From: Mobula hypostoma
Lineage: Eukaryota
Direction: 5' to 3'
Assembly: GCF_963921235.1 (NCBI RefSeq)
Contig: NC_086100.1
Span: forward strand, 203,362,001-203,426,000
DNA length: 64,000 bases
The notes under the pieces were generated by a model that saw only the letters and a list, made by a program, of their open reading frames with translations, was not told the DNA's origin and searched no databases. The position numbers were made by a program, and so were the translations under genes. Each line of letters opens with the position of its first letter. Position 1 is the first letter of the stretch. This document shows, in pieces, positions 61,630 to 64,000 of this stretch.

Positions 61630-63999
61630 GTGGGGGAGGGAGAGAAGCAGAGAATTAAAGAGTCTACGGGGTTCGTGGGGTGGGGGGGGGGAATTCGGTC
61701 ACCGTGGACCCGAGGATCAGGGGGTCCTCGAGCCGCGCAGCCCCCGGGGATCGGGCTGAAATTCGGGCATCGCGGCGCAGGGACCGGTGGAAAGGCCGCT
61801 GGGCCTCAGGCGCAGTAGGGTGGTCGACACGAACCTTTCCCGCGGTTTGACCCAACGAAAGCGGATGTACAACTAATATCTTCCCAAGACCTTTCTGTTG
61901 GACGAAGAGCAGAGATTTCCCGATCAAACAGTCACAAAATGCCGGAGGAACCTAGCGGGTCAGGCAGCAAGCGTGGAGAGAGATGAACAGTCTACATTTC
62001 AGGTCGACATCTTCCCGCTAGAATAGAAATAAATACGGGAGACAGATAGCAGAAACGAGAGCGGGAAAGAGGTGGATTAAGAAGGGAAGGGGTTGGGTGA
62101 ATGGATTTAAACAGGAGGTCACAAAGTTTCTTCGGCCCAAATTGTTGGTGCCGACCAAATTGCTTTAATGAGCTAGTTCCATTTGCCCATTATGCCTTTC
62201 CACCCTTCTTATCCACATACCAGCCAAGATGTATTTTAAAACATTGTCACTGAACCCACCTCTACAATTTATCAAGGGCCCGTTGTAAACTTGGATAATC
62301 CTCTTCACTGTCCAATATATAATGAATTTTACTACCAACTCTGTCACCTACATTATCATCCAAATCATTAATGTGAATGACAAACAACCACAGCCCCAGC
62401 ACCGACCTCTGCAGGTCACAGGCCTCCAGTCCTCTGTGTTTAGGAGACATTTGGAAAGACACTTCAATAGGCAAGGCACAGAAGGAGACTGACCTAATGC
62501 CGGTCAATGGGATGAATGTAGATGGGTAAATAGGTCAGCACAGAGGTGATGGGTCGAATGGCACATTTCTATGCTGTACGGTGATGGCTCTGTGAACTGA
62601 ATGGCTAAGAAACCCCAGACACCCTCCCCTCCCCCCCCGCCATGGTGCCGAGAATTCCAGACAGACAGTGACCCCTGACCCTCGACTCCTCGGAGAGGGG
62701 TAACATCCTACCTGTAGACCCCTGAAAAAAATTTGTATTTCCCTGAGATCTCCTCTCATTCTTCTAAACATGGAACAGAGAACATAGAACAGTACAGCAC
62801 AGGAACAGACCCTTCATTCAATGTTAACATTCATGTGTAAGTGTGAATGCGAAGCGGGGGATTGTGAAGGTCCGGTACAAAACAGAGTTGATAATGGGAA
62901 CCTGTAGGGGAGAGATGAACGGCAGATTGAACCGGACCTATGCTGGGGAGTAGTGGAAAGCCTGTAGGTGAACTGAGTGTATAGACGTAACCAGTAGGTT
63001 GTGGGGACAAAGATGGGAGATGAGGACCCCTTTGTCCCCTTTCCCACAAATCCATCGCCCACAGCCCCTGGCCTGCTGACTTCCTCCAACATTTTGTGTG
63101 TGTTGCTCCGCTTTAAATACACTCAATTAGTTGCCTCCACACATGCCTGTGGCAGATTCACTATCCTGTGGCTAGAAGAATTCCTCCTCATCTCTGTTCT
63201 AAATCGACACCCTCTAGTCGGAGGCTATGCCATCTGGTCCTAGACTCACCCACTATAGGAAACATCCTCCCAAAATCAGCTCTCTCCAGATAATTTCAGG
63301 GAGATCAGACAAGACCCTTCATCAGGACCTGTTGCTTGGATTACCAGCATCTGCAGATCTTCTCGTTTGATTTTTAAAGCAGGAGTTGATCGGTAAACTT
63401 CTGATTATCCAGGATGTCAAACGTTATGAGGAGGAGGCGGGAGAATAGGGTTGAGAGGGATAATAAATCAGCCATTCTTCTAAACTCCCATGAGTACAGG
63501 CCCAGAACCATCAAACACGCCTCATATGTTAACTCTTTCATTCCCAGAATCATTCCTGAGAATTTCCTGGACTCTCCAATGCCAGCACATCTTTTCCGAT
63601 ATAAGGGACACACAACACTCCAAGTGTGGTCTGACTAATGCCTTATAAAACCTCAGGATTGCATCCTTGCTCTTGTATTCTAATCCCCTCGAAATGAAAG
63701 CAAACATTGAGTTTGCCTATCTTATCACTGACACAAACTGCAAGTTAACCCTTGGGGAATCCTGCACAAGGACACCCAAGTCCCTTTCCACCTCTGATTT
63801 TTGAATTTTCTCCCTGTTTACAAAAATCGTCTATGCCTTTATTCCTTCTACCAAACTGCATGCATGACTCCCCTACTTGATAATCCATCTACCAGTTATT
63901 TGCCCATTTCCTAATCTGTCTGTGTCCTTCCCTGGATTCCGAGCTTCTGCTGCACTACATGCCCCTTCAGCTATCTTCCTATCCTCTGCAAGCTTGACC
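61630..63999. repeat. Segmental duplicate of TRIM intron 5 (paralogous to about 36570-38820)
   Basis: Collinear sequence. The ORF track shows near-identical spurious ORFs at 37661-37969 and 62814-63122. Confidence 0.92.
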
Positions 64000-64000
64000 A

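Overview
Eukaryotic (vertebrate) DNA, not prokaryotic. The repeat families and the TRIM protein sequence suggest a cartilaginous fish, probably a ray (inference). The window is part of a tandem and inverted cluster of RING/B-box/coiled-coil/B30.2 (PRY-SPRY) TRIM genes embedded in dense retroelements. It holds one apparently intact six-exon TRIM gene (minus strand, ATG 46707 to stop 36013, 478 aa) and the open terminal B30.2 exon of a second gene whose other exons lie beyond the window end (61053-61627). It also holds a decayed exon 3-5 duplicate (51321-55691) and an inverted, truncated B30.2 pseudo-exon (3980-4262). The rest is nested CR1 LINEs (some with SGNH-esterase ORF1), Nimb/I-group LINEs with RNase H, Rex1/Babar and Tx1 fragments, Penelope-like elements, two solo LTRs, a degenerate retroviral gag fragment, a tRNA-headed SINE and tandem repeats. 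The most notable observations are: hypervariable B30.2 loops; an IRF/ISRE motif beside the start codon; a 6.4-kb LINE stack that splits the gene's 3' UTR from its AATAAA; minimal hammerhead-ribozyme motifs in Penelope termini, including a 291-bp fold-back mini-element; a probable gene-conversion tract; and orphan promoter relics. Identity figures are visual estimates and TE boundaries are approximate.
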